From assembly GCA_032718475.1 (NCBI GenBank), contig JAUCBJ010006812.1, positions 17,511 through 81,510 of the forward strand: a stretch of DNA of 64,000 nucleotides, read 5' to 3'. A program made the translations under genes and the position numbers. The stretch comes from Nemertoderma westbladi. Lineage: Eukaryota; Animalia; Xenacoelomorpha. The notes under the pieces were generated by a model. The model worked only from the letters and a program-made list of their open reading frames with translations. It ran no database searches and was not told the origin of the DNA. Positions 35,571-49,000 of the stretch are shown piece by piece. Positions within the stretch are counted from its first letter, which is position 1, and the number at the start of each line of letters is the position of its first letter.

Positions 35571-37059
35571 AACTCCCTATCCCCCATAACTTTCGGGAGA
35601 TTATCCGCATCTCCAAGGACTGGTTCTACTAATAGCAGGTAGGGTTGATAGGTACTGGTAGGGGTACGTAGTGGTATCTACTGTAAATAATCTGGCCTTG
35701 TCTTTCCCTGCAATTTGTAGCTATTTTTAACATTATTAGTAGGGGTTTCTTTTTGGGGGCTTTAGTATGTCTTCATATGATCTTACTATTGTTTATTGGT
35801 GCCGGGATTACCTATTAGCGCTGTAATTGCACCTGATTTTAGGGTCTTTGTTGTTATATTATACACGGGGCCGTATTCGTAGATATCACTAACCGCTGGC
35901 AGGTAGTCAAACTAAGATAGCACTGAATTTCACCTAAATTAGTGCGAAGTTTCTGCATTCTAGTCTGACTACTGTAGTTAGTGAGAACAAAGAATACGAC
36001 CCTGGAATATAGAGTCTTTATTCAGGTACGTTTTCATTATTTAGCTACAAGCGTGTGAAAAAGCCTACCTTATCGTGGCTTTGGTTCTACATACACCATA
36101 ATTATTCTGGTTACCTACTCATCATACACCATAATCTGAATTTCGTCGTAAAACTTACATTGTATTCCAGTACAGTACAGTATACTGTACAAGTATTGAA
36201 GTACTGATAAAATATTGAGGGATGGGGGATCTTTTCTAAGTGACTGTTGCAACTATATCTTGATGGAAGGTTCGGTAAAGATAATTAACGAGCGAGCCAG
36301 TGATGTTGCGTTACGTATAATTAAATTTACAGAATCTTTCAGTTTCAATAAATAAAGTTACAATAATAATTTACCCAACCAACATGGCTTTTTAAAATTG
36401 CATGGAATCTACTTACAAACAGTGAAATTACATACCACAGTACCGAACTACTACCTACCCAATCGACTCTTAGCACAATCAAAGATCCCCCATCCGCGCA
36501 AACTTAACTAGAGTACTGAAGTACAGACGATTAGGCATCGTTTAAGAACAACGAAAAATGAAAGTGAATTCCAATATGAGCGTTATACAAAATGTACAGT
36601 ATGTGTACCGGCTGACTGGTGTTTGGGTACTGTAGGGTTTTACTGCATCCCGATAACTCCTTTAAATTAAATCATGGATTAGTTTTAGTTTATAGTTGTT
36701 TTAAGGGCTCCTGAAATCCCTTTAGTATTTTTAAAGGGGCCCTGCTAATTAATATGGCATTTTGAAACCAGCTGATGGCGTTGCTAGGTACCCGGTTTAT
36801 AACCAATCAGGAAATAGTGATTCTAGTTTCAATTAAGGGCTCCTTTAGCTGACTGAGTTACGTACTGCAGTACAGTTCCGGTACTTCCTTATGCAGGTAG
36901 GCCTACTCTTGAGGTCGTAAGCGTAACTACTGTCAAGGTCAACTGTAGCCTTCTTCATTCTTCTGTTCTTCCATTTGAATTCCTCTCAGTCAGTCAGTCT
37001 CAACCAACCAGTGACCAGCAACACGCAGACTCAAATAATCATACTACACAACTGACAAA

Positions 37060-40000
37060 ATGTCCAATCTTACATTGCCACTGAAGCTTGTCGATTTCGT
37101 TAATCGGTCGCCTTCGCCATATCACGTTGTTCATTCCTGTAAAACTCTCCTTAATAAAGGTAAGATAAGTGCAGAAGACGGGATGATCCGAGTCCTGGAG
37201 TCCAAAAAAAATTATTGACGCACCGGTACACGGTACACACGTAGGCCTACCGTATATGATCTGGTATCGGTACCGGTAGCGGTAGGTAGGTACCACGGTG
37301 GAGACTGATCAGCCTATATTGGCCATTTGTTTTCCAGAAATTTTTTTAACGATACCGTATCTTATGCTCTACCGTGTCAAAGGTTAAACTACAAACACCA
37401 CTTTTTATATGGAAAACATACAGCCTATTTTATTTGGCTGACTTGGGCTACTTAATGATTTGTTGATTGGCAGATTGGGGTGTTTCGTTTTGTAGGTACT
37501 CACTGGTTTGTTAGTTCTGTAGTTAGGTTAAGGTTTGTTGGTCAGGCACAAATCATATGAAGGCCGTAATTGAACCTGAACCCTAAAGTCTTGAGGCAGT
37601 GTGAGTGGCATCTACAACTCCTTCGACATAAAACATTTCGTCAATAATTCGTTTAGGTTTGGTACAAATTTTTTGATGAAGGCCTACCAGTCTAAACATT
37701 CTCGTGGACCTAACAAGTTACTAGAGTTGCAGCCCTAATACTAAGTCATGTGGCTCTAATCACTAATCCTAGAAGTTACTTATCGAATATTTATTACAGT
37801 ATTAACCTCGCTACGTTCGGTAAATATTTTAATTTGATAAATAATTTATTTTAATAAGTTATTTTTATAACGAACTGTTACATATTTTATTCCAGCGGGT
37901 TTTAGGGAACTGAAAGAAGACGTGGCCTGGAAGATTGAACCCAAAGGCTTGTACTATATTACACGGAACAGTTCCACATTGATAGCTATAGCGGTTGGTG
38001 GCCAACATGAAGTAGGAGGTGGTAGGAACGGATTTAGTATAGTTGGAGCTCATACGGACAGCCCATGTCTTCGCGTAAGTTTCTACGTAATGGCAACCTG
38101 ACATACCGTTACCGTGTATGGTGGGAGTTAGTGTGGGACAATCCCTGCCTTACACGTAGCAGCTGAGATAGAGGAGACTTAGGGTTGCCCCCGGTGTTTC
38201 GTATTTCACACGTTCACTGATCACTTTTATCCATTCAATACATTTGTTTGGTCCCAAGCGAAAATTGAAAAGTTAACTTAGTTAGAAGTGACTAGGAATG
38301 GATATGTTAAATATTAAGGCTCCGTTTTGGATAACTGCGTATCAAGAGAAAGCACAGTGAAAAATATTTTCTCGAAAGTTAACTGTAGGCTTAAATGGTA
38401 AGTTTAAATCTTAAAGGGTAAGTGTCCCAACTACATAAAACAAAAATTCAACAGAGTACGCGATATACAGAGATTATCGCCTGTCCCAGAAGGTGATATA
38501 CGGTTATAAAACCTGAAGCAAATAAAAATATTTATTTTATAAAATTAAATTAAATTTATTTGCTGAAGTTTTTATAACCGTATATCACCTTCTGGGACAG
38601 GCGATAATCTGTTTATCATGTATATTCGAGCTTATTGCACTGATAAATTTTGTGAGCTACTTTTGTATCTTTCACGTTTTGGATAACGCAGACCCCACTG
38701 AAACAAACACATCTTTTGAAATCCCCCCCCAACCCCCTTCCCTCTCCAGTTGTCCGAACATTAAACAATATTGTAGAGAGAAGGGTTCAATTTCATTTAA
38801 TATTAAGTCAGAACAAGGAATTGTTACTTGTAGACCTAGATAACTAGTAATTATAATTGATGGGAATTGTTGCTCTTTTCGTGTTTTGACTGTCTTTGAT
38901 GTTTAGCAAGTGTTGCTGTCTGTGACCGGAAGCATCTGCAAATCTCTTTCTATTATTGGGTTTGCTGAAACTCATATTATGACGAATTTAGGCACTGCAG
39001 TAATAATACTGTACTGTAGTACAGCCAGTGTGTGAGCATTTTTTGTGATAAAACTCAAAATAAAAATTTTAATAAAAAAACTCAAAACTCAAAAAAAACA
39101 TAAAAAGAAAAAAAGAATAAACCCATAAAAACTCTAATCAATATTCATTTAAAAGTATTAAGAAATTTACTTAAAAATATTTCATTTTAATTTACTAGCT
39201 ATGTTAAAATAAAAAAACTATAGCTATCATTAAATTTTTTATTTTATTTATGTTCTAGAATAGTATATAATACTTTTATATTGTTCTGCAACTCCTCAAT
39301 GTTGCCATTTTATCAATGATATATGATTTATAAATGTAGTGCTATACGGAACTCTAACCGAAAAGATGATGAAAAATTTTCAATAAACGGTCACACAGGC
39401 TACTACAGTATAGTGCGGACTTCAATATTAGCTACAAAGTGATTTTAATCAGTTGGGAATGGATATAAATTATTTCAACATTGGGAAGAATGTGCAAAAA
39501 ATAACGTCTAAAACACAACAATAAATATGTAAGTTCTAGAATTTTGTATTAGGAGTTTTAATATAGTAGTTACATTGTTACATATATTAGTTACATTGTT
39601 ACATATAGTAGTTACATTGTTACATATAGTAGTTACATTGTTACATATAATAGTTACATTGTTACATATAGTAGTTACATTTTTACATATAGTAGTTACA
39701 TTGTTACATATAGTAGTTACATTGTTACATATAGTAGTTACATTGTTACATATAGTAGTTACATTGTTACATATAATAGTTACATTGTTACATATAATAG
39801 TTACATTGTTACATATAGTAGTTACATTGTTACATATATTAGTTACATTGTTACTTATAGTAGTTACTTTGTTACATATAGTAGTTACATTGTTACATAT
39901 AATAGTTACATTGTTACATATAGTAGTTACATTGTTACATATAGTAGTTACATTGTTACATATAGTAGTTACATTGTTACATATAGTAGTTACATTGTTA

Positions 40001-43000
40001 CATATAGTAGTTACATTGTTATATATAGTAGTTACATTGTTACATATAGTAGTTACATTGTTACATATAGTAGTTACATTGTTACATATAGTAGTTACAT
40101 TGTTACATATAGTAGTTACATTGTTACATATAGTAGTTACATTGTTACATATAGTAGTTACATTGTTACATATAGTAGTTACATTGTTACATATAGTAGT
40201 TACATTGTTACATATAGTAGTTACATTGTTACATATAGTAGTTACATTGTTACATATAGTAGTTACATTGTTACATATAGTAGTTACATTGTTACATATA
40301 GTAGTTACATTGTTACATATAGTAGTTACATTGTTACATATAGTAGTTACATTGTTACATATAGTAGTTACATTGTTACATATAGTAGTTACATTGTTAC
40401 ATATAGTAGTTACATTGTTACATATAGTAGTTACATTGTTACATATAGTAGTTACATTGTTACATATAGTAGTTACATTGTTACATATAGTAGTTACATT
40501 GTTACATATAGTAGTTACATTGTTACATATAGTAGTGACATTGTTACATATAGTAGTTACATTGTTACATATAGTAGTGACATTGTTACATATAGTAGTT
40601 ACATTGTTACATATAGTAGTTACATTGTTACATATAGTAGTTACATTGTTACATATAGTAGTTACATTGTTACATATAGTAGTTACATTGTTACATATAG
40701 TAGTTACATTGTTACATATAATAGTTACATTGTTACATATAGTAGTTACATTGTTACATATAGTAGTTACATTGTTACATATAGTAGTTACATTGTTACA
40801 TATAGTAGTTACATTGTTACATATAGTAGTTACATTGTTACTTATAGTAGTTACTTTGTTACATATAGTAGTTATATTTTTACATATAGTAGTTACATTG
40901 TCACATATAGTAGTTACATTGTTACATATAGTAGTTACATTGTTACATATAGTAGTTACATTGTTACATGTAGTAGTTACATTGTTACATATAGTAGTTA
41001 CATTGTTACATATAGTAGTTACATTGTTACATATAGTAGTTACATTGTTACATATAGTAGTTACATTGTTACATATAGTAGTTACATTGTTACATATAGT
41101 AGTTACATTGTTACATATAGTAGTTACATTGTTACATATAGTAGTTACATTGTTACATATAGTAGTTACATTGTTACATATAGTAGTTACATTGTTACAT
41201 ATAGTAGTTACATTGTTACATATAGTAGTTACATTGTTACATATAGTAGTTACATTGTTACATATAGTAGTTACATTGTTACATATAGTAGTTACATTGT
41301 TACTTATAGTAGTTACTTTGTTACATATAGTAGTTACATTGTTACATATAGTAGTTACATTGTTACATATAGTAGTTACATTGTTACATATAGTAGTTAC
41401 ATTGTTACATATAGTAGTTACATTGTTACATATAGTAGTTACATTGTTACATATAGTAGTTACATTGTTACATATAGTAGTTACATTGTTACATATAGTA
41501 GTTACATTGTTACATATAGTAGTTACATTGTTACATATAGTAGTTACATTGTTACATATAGTAGTTACATTGTTACATATAGTAGTTACATTGTTACATA
41601 TAGTAGTTACATTGTTACATATAGTAGTTACATTGTTACATATAGTAGTTACATTGTTACATATAGTAGTTACATTGTTACATATAATAGTTACATTGTT
41701 ACATATAGTAGTTACATTGTTACATATAGTAGTTACATTGTTACATATAGTAGTGACATTGTTACATATAGTAGTTACATTGTTACATATAGTAGTTACA
41801 TTGTTACATATAGTAGTTACATTGTTACATATAGTAGTTACATTGTTACATATAGTAGTTACATTGTTACATATAGTAGTTACATTGTTACATATAGTAG
41901 TTACATTGTTACATATAGTAGTTACATTGTTACATATAGTAGTTACATTGTTACATATAGTAGTTACATTGTTACTTATAGTAGTTACTTTGTTACATAT
42001 AGTAGTTACATTTTTACATATAGTAGTTACATTGTTACATATAGTAGTTACATTGTTACATATAGTAGTTACATTGTTACATATAGTAGTTACATTGTTA
42101 CATATAGTAGTTACATTGTTACATATAGTAGTTACATTGAGAATACATGATAAACACTCTTACAGTACCAATTTTAGTTACATTTTGTGGGAATGCCTTT
42201 GGTCTCCGGTGCTCAAATTCACTATCAATGTATTTATAAAACAACGGAGAACCACCCTGGAAAAAACCGCATCTCTATAGCTCCGTTGTACCAATCATTA
42301 GTAGATAACTTTTGGCCACTTTCAGAATAACGGGGGGGGGGGGGGGGGTGCCGCCTATACCCATCCCCCTTGGATACGTGCCTGTGTGTGTATGTGGCGG
42401 GTATTTAACAATCAGGCAATTAACTAAATCGAATAATAGCTGATCCTAAGGCATTTTAAAAATCCCGCCTTATTATATAAGTGAAAATATTGAGCACCGG
42501 TGCACAAACCCCAAAAAGATATATATGAGTCCTGTAGAGGTCACCGATACCGAATATGGCAACAGCTAATGTATTTGAGCACCGGTGCTAAACTTATAGC
42601 CTCCGCACTAAGGGCCAGCCAAGCCAAAATAGCTCCGCACATATAGGTTGCACAGGTCATGTTAACCGGTGCACAATCCGCAGTAAGAAGTTGACAGGGA
42701 GTAAAACCTGCAGCAGTAAAGTTAAAACACGAATTGTGCACCAGTGCTCAATCCGCAGCTAAGTAGCGTGCTCTAATAATAATGCCGTCCATCGCATATC
42801 TTCCGTAGTTGAAACCGATATCTAAGCGAGAGAGTCACGGATACATCCAGGTTGGTGTGCAGCTGTACGGAGGCGGTATATGGCACACGTGGTTCGATAG
42901 GAACCTAAAGGTTGCTGGCCGTGTCATCGTGAGGGACAACGGGAAACTGGTGCCCAGACTGGTGGATATCAATAGACCCATTCTCTGTATCCCTAGCTGC

Positions 43001-46000
43001 TGTATCCATCTCTACCGGGAACAGAATGACAAGTTCAGCCCCAATCTGGAGACCAACCTGTGAGTATAATGTGTATCTCGGTCTGGAGACCAACCTGTGA
43101 GTATAATGTGTATCTCGGTCTGGAAACCAACCTGTGAGTATAATGTGTAGCTTGGTCTGGAGACCAACCTGTGAGTATAATGTGTAGCTTGGTCTGGAGA
43201 CCAACCTGTGAGTATAATGTGTATCTCGGTCTGGAGACCAACCTGTGAGTATAATGAGTATAATGTGTATCTCGGTCTGGAGACCAACCTGTGAGTATAA
43301 TGTGTAGCTCGGTCTGGAGACCAACCTGTGAGTATAATGTGTATCTCGGTCTGGAGACCAACCTGTGAGTATAATGTGTATCTCGGTCTGGAGACCAACC
43401 TGTGAGTATAATGTGTATCTCGGTCTGGAGACCAACCTGTGAGTATAATGTGTAGCTTGGTCTGGAGACCAACCTGTGAGTATAATGTGTAGCTTGGTCT
43501 GGAGACCAACCTGTGAGTATAATGTGTATCTCGGTCTGGAGACCAACCTGTGAGTATAATGTGTATCTCGGTCTGGAGACCAACCTGTGAGTATAATGTG
43601 TAGCTTGGTCTGGAGACCAACCTGTGAGTATAATGTGTAGCTCGGTATGGAAACCAACCTGTGAGTATAATGTGTAGCTCGGTATGGAGACCAACCTGTG
43701 AGTATAATGTGTATCTCGGTCTGGAGACCAACCTGTGAGTATAATGTGTATCTCGGTCTGGAGACCAACGTGTGAGTATAATGTGTAGCTCGGTATGGAA
43801 ACCAACCTGTGAGTATAATGTGTAGCTCGGTATGGAGACCAACCTGTGAGTATAATGTGTATCTCGGTCTGGAGACCAACCTGTGAGTATAATGTGTATC
43901 TCGGTCTGGAGACCAACCTGTGAGTATAATGTGTAGCTCGGTCTGGAGACCAACCTGTGAGTATAATGTGTAGCTCAGTCTGGAGACCAACCTGTGAGTA
44001 TAATGTGTAGCTTGGTCTGGAGACCAACCTGTGAGTATAATGTGTAGCTTGGTCTGGAGACCAACCTGTGAGTATAATGTGTATCTCGGTCTGGAGACCA
44101 ACCTGTGAGTATAATGTGTATCTCGGTCTGGAGACCAACCTGTGAGTATAATGTGTATCTCGGTCTGGAGACCAACCTGTGAGTATAATGTGTATCTCGG
44201 TCTGGAGACCAACCCGTGAGTATAATGTGTATCTCGGTATGGAGTCCAACCTGTGAGTATAATGTGTATCTCGGTCTGGAGTCCAACCTGTGAGTATAAT
44301 GTGTATCTCAGTCTGGAGACCAACCTGTGAGTATAATGTGTATCTCAGTCTGGAGACCAACCTGTGAGTATAATGTGTATCTCGGTCTGGAGACCAACCT
44401 GTGAGTATAATGTGTATCTCGGTCTGGAGACCAACCTGTGAGTATAATGTGTAGCTCGGTCTGGAGACCAACCTGTGAGTATAATGTGTATCTCGGTCTG
44501 GAAACCAACCTGTGAGTATAATGTGTGGCTCGGTCTGGAGACCAACCTGTGAGTATAATGTGTATCTCGGTCTGGAGACCAACCTGTGAGTATAATGTGT
44601 ATCTCGGTCTGGAGATCAACCTGTGAGTATAATGTGTAGCTTGGTCTGGAGACCAACCTGTGAGTATAATGTGTATCTCGGTCTGGAAACCAACCTGTGA
44701 GTATAATGTGTGGCTCGGTCTGGAGACCAACCTGTGAGTATAATGTGTATCTCGGTCTGGAGACCAACCTGTGAGTATAATGTGTAGCTCGTTCTGGAGA
44801 CCAACCTGTGAGTATAATGTGTATCTCGGTCTGGAGACCAACCTGTGAGTATAATGTGTATCTCGGTCTGGAGACCAACCTGTGAGTATAATGTGTATCT
44901 CGGTCTGGAGACCAACCTGTGAGTATAATGTGTATCTCGGTCTGGAGACCAACCTGTGAGTATAATGTGTATCTCGGTCTGAAGACCAACCTGTGAGTAT
45001 AATGTGTATCTCGGTCTGGAGACCAACCTGTGAGTATAATGTGTAGCTCGGTCTGGAGACCAACCTGTGAGTATAATGTGTATCTCAGTCTGGAGACCAA
45101 CCTGTGAGTATAATGTGTAGCTCGGTCTGGAGACCAACCTGTGAGTATAATGTGTATCTCGGTCTGGAGACCAACCTGTGAGTATAATGTGTATCTCGGT
45201 CTGGAGACCAACCCGTGAGTATAATGTGTATCTCGGTATGGAGTCCAACCTGTGAGTATAATGTGTATCTCGGTCTGGAGTCCAACCTGTGAGTATAATG
45301 TGTATCTCAGTCTGGAGACCAACCTGTGAGTATAATGTGTATCTCAGTCTGGAGACCAACCTGTGAGTATAATGTGTATCTCGGTCTGGAGACCAACCTG
45401 TGAGTATAATGTGTATCTCGGTCTGGAGACCAACCTGTGAGTATAATGTGTATCTCGGTCTGGAGACCAACCTGTGAGTATAATGTGTATCTCGGTCTGG
45501 AGACCAACCTGTGAGTATAATGTGTATCTCGGTCTGGAGACCAACCTGTGAGTATAATGTGTATCTCGGTCTGGAGACCAACCTGTGAGTATAATGTGTA
45601 TCTCGGTCTGGAGACCAACCTGTGAGTATAATGTGTATCTCGGTCTGGAGACCAACCTGTGAGTATAATGTGTAGCTCGGTCTGGAGACCAACCTGTGAG
45701 TATAATGTGTATCTCAGTCTGGAGACCAACCTGTGAGTATAATGTGTAGCTCGGTCTGGAGACCAACCTGTGAGTATAATGTGTATCTCGGTCTGGAGAC
45801 CAACCTGTGAGTATAATGTGTATCTCGGTCTGGAGACCAACCTGTGAGTATAATGTGTATCTCGGTCTGGAGACCAACCTGTGAGTATAATGTGTATCTC
45901 GGTCTGGAGACCAACCTGTGAGTATAATGTGTATCTCGGTCTGGAGACCAACCTGTGAGTATAATGTGTATCTCGGTCTGGAGACCAACCTGTGAGTATA

Positions 46001-49000
46001 ATGTGTATCTCGGTCTGGAGACCAACCTGTGAGTATAATGTGTAGCTCGGTCTGGAGACCAACCTGTGAGTATAATGTGTATCTCAGTCTGGAGACCAAC
46101 CTGTGAGTATAATGTGTAGCTTGGTCTGGAGACCAACCTGTGAGTATAATGTGTATCTCGGTCTGGAGACCAACCTGTGAGTATAATGTGTATCTCAGTC
46201 TGGAGACCAACCTGTGAGTATAATGTGTATCTCGGTATGGAGTCCAACCTGTGAGTATAATGTGTAGCTCGGTCTGGAGACCAACCTGTGAGTATAATGT
46301 GTATCTCGGTATGGAGTCCAACCTGTGAGTATAAAATGTGTAGCTTGGTCTGGAGTCCAACCTGTGAGTATAATGTGTAGCTCGGTCTGGAGACCAACCT
46401 GTGAGTATAATGTGTATCTCGGTATGGAGTCCAACCTGTGAGTATAAAATGTGTAGCTTGGTCTGGAGACCAACCTGTGAGTATAATGTGTATCTCGGTC
46501 TGGAGACCAACCTGTGAGTATAATGTGTATCTCGGTCTGGAGACCAACCTGTGAGTATAATGTGTATCTCGGTCTGGAGACCAACCTGTGAGTATAATGT
46601 GTATCTCGGTCTGGAGACCAACCTGTGAGTATAATGTGTATCTCGGTATGGAGTCCAACCTGTGAGTATAAAATGTGTAGCTTGGTCTGGAGACCAACCT
46701 GTGAGTATAATGTGTATCTCGGTCTGGAGACCAACCTGTGAGTATAATGTGTATCTCGGTCTGGAGACCAACCTGTGAGTATAATGTGTAGCTTGGTCTG
46801 GAGACCAACCTGTGAGTATAATGTGTAGCTTGGTCTGGAGACCAACCTGTGAGTATAATGTGTATCTCGGTCTGGAGACCAACCTGTGAGTATAATGTGT
46901 ATCTCGGTCTGGAGACCAACCTGTGAGTATAATGTGTAGCTTGGTCTGGAGACCAACCTGTGAGTATAATGTGTATCTCGGTATGGAGACCAACCTGTGA
47001 GTATAATGTGTATCTCGGTCTGGAGACCAACCTGTGAGTATAATGTGTATCTCGGTCTGGAGACCAACGTGTGAGTATAATGTGTAGCTCGGTATGGAGA
47101 CCAACCTGTGAGTATAATGTGTATCTCGGTCTGGAGACCAACCTGTGAGTATAAAATGTGTAGCTTGGTCTGGAGACCAACCTGTGAGTATAATGTGTAT
47201 CTCGGTCTGGAGACCAACCTGTGAGTATAATGTGTATCTCGGTCTGGAGACCAACCTGTGAGTATAATGTGTATCTCGGTCTGGAGACCAACCTGTGAGT
47301 ATAATGTGTATCTCGGTATGGAGTCCAACCTGTGAGTATAAAATGTGTAGCTTGGTCTGGAGACCAACCTGTGAGTATAATGTGTATCTCGGTCTGGAGA
47401 CCAACCTGTGAGTATAATGTGTATCTCGGTCTGGAGACCAACCTGTGAGTATAATGTGTATCTCGGTCTGGAGACCAACCTGTGAGTATAATGTGTATCT
47501 CGGTCTGGAGACCAACCTGTGAGTATAATGTGTATCTCGGTCTGGAGACCAACCTGTGAGTATAATGTGTATCTCGGTCTGGAGACCAACCTGTGAGTAT
47601 AATGTGTAGCTCGGTCTGGAGACCAACCTGTGAGTATAATGTGTAGCTCGGTCTGGAGACCAACCTGTGAGTATAATGTGTAGCTTGGTCTGGAGACCAA
47701 CCTGTGAGTATAATGTGTGGCTCGGTCTGGAGACCAACCTGTGAGTATAATGTGTAGCTCGGTCTGGAGACCAACCTGTGAGTATAATGTGTATCTCGGT
47801 CTGGAGACCAACCTGTGAGTATAATGTGTAGCTTGGTCTGGAGACCAACCTGTGAGTATAATGTGTATCTCGGTCTGGAGACCAACCTGTGAGTATAATG
47901 TGTATCTCGGTCTGGAGACCAAGCTGTGAGTATAATGTGTATCTCGGTCTGGAGACCAACCTGTGAGTATAATGTGTAGCTTGGTAATATGGTAAATCTT
48001 TTAGTTCGACATAGCCGGGCCTACTGGCAGATTATTCATAGAATATTTAATTTAATTTTGATTTTTTGAGTGTTTTGTTCAGAACGCCCTTTTATTTAAA
48101 CTTATAATTAAACATGATTAAAAGTTATGCATATTTTTAATTAATGTCTGGCGAAGATTGGTGAATATGGTGTGGTAGGTAGGTAGTGGGTTTATTGAGA
48201 TACACTCCCCTTAATTAACTGATAAGATAGAATTATATAAATTAATTCCAAAGTCTGCTTTATTGAACATATCGCTATTTTTATTATTTATAATGGCAAA
48301 AGGGCATATTTGGTAAAATGATACTTATTCATACGGATTCCTGACAATGTCCTCCACTTTCAGGCGAAATATTAAAGCACGATGTGATTTTTGTGTAAAA
48401 ATATGGCGTTTTTTCAGCAATTTTTCGGATGTAAAAGGGCATTTTTGTAAAAAACATAAAGGAAATTTACTTTAAATTTTAAAGGGCATTTGATGGTGCC
48501 ATTGACACCAACATATCGATCATAGCATGTCAAGTACTATGAGATAAGAACTGACAAGAGTTTTCACCAGATACCAATTGTATTAAATTTGGTTGAATCA
48601 ATAAAAACTTATGGTTTTTAGTGTCTCCTGAACAATTTTTAATCGAGTGCCCTTTTGCCTGATAACCGACGATATACGGCAGTTGGGCGTTGGGCAAGGT
48701 ACTGGACTGGTTACCATTAGACTTGAGGACTGAGGAAGTAGTACTTAGGTCAGGTAAAGGTAGAGTATACTGTTCATTCATTCGTGTTAGACTATGGTGC
48801 AATCACGGTAAACTCAGAAACAAATTCACCCCAAATCACTCAAGCAAAAAAAGCGAGCACCTTGGAATAATAATTATATAAAACATGATGTTGAATGCTT
48901 TTCTTAAACGAATATTTATAAATTATAAAGGTTTAACTCACTCTGTGTTACTCCCTTGCAGGGTACCAATACTAGCAACAACCATTAAGGCTAAACTAAA

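Noticed and set aside
39575-42280. 901-aa (LLHIVVT)n ORF
   Set aside because: By-product of a stop-free 21-bp intronic minisatellite inside DNPEP intron 2; it starts at TTG within the repeat and has no splice or domain support.
43058-43063. Selenocysteine or readthrough at CTG-TGA
   Set aside because: The TGA lies within the GTGAGT donor; splicing to 48962 restores the canonical DNPEP frame.
42905-47959. Multiple long minus-strand ORFs ([13 protein letters not shown]...)
   Set aside because: Translations of the 37-bp array cycling through all three frames, antisense to DNPEP.
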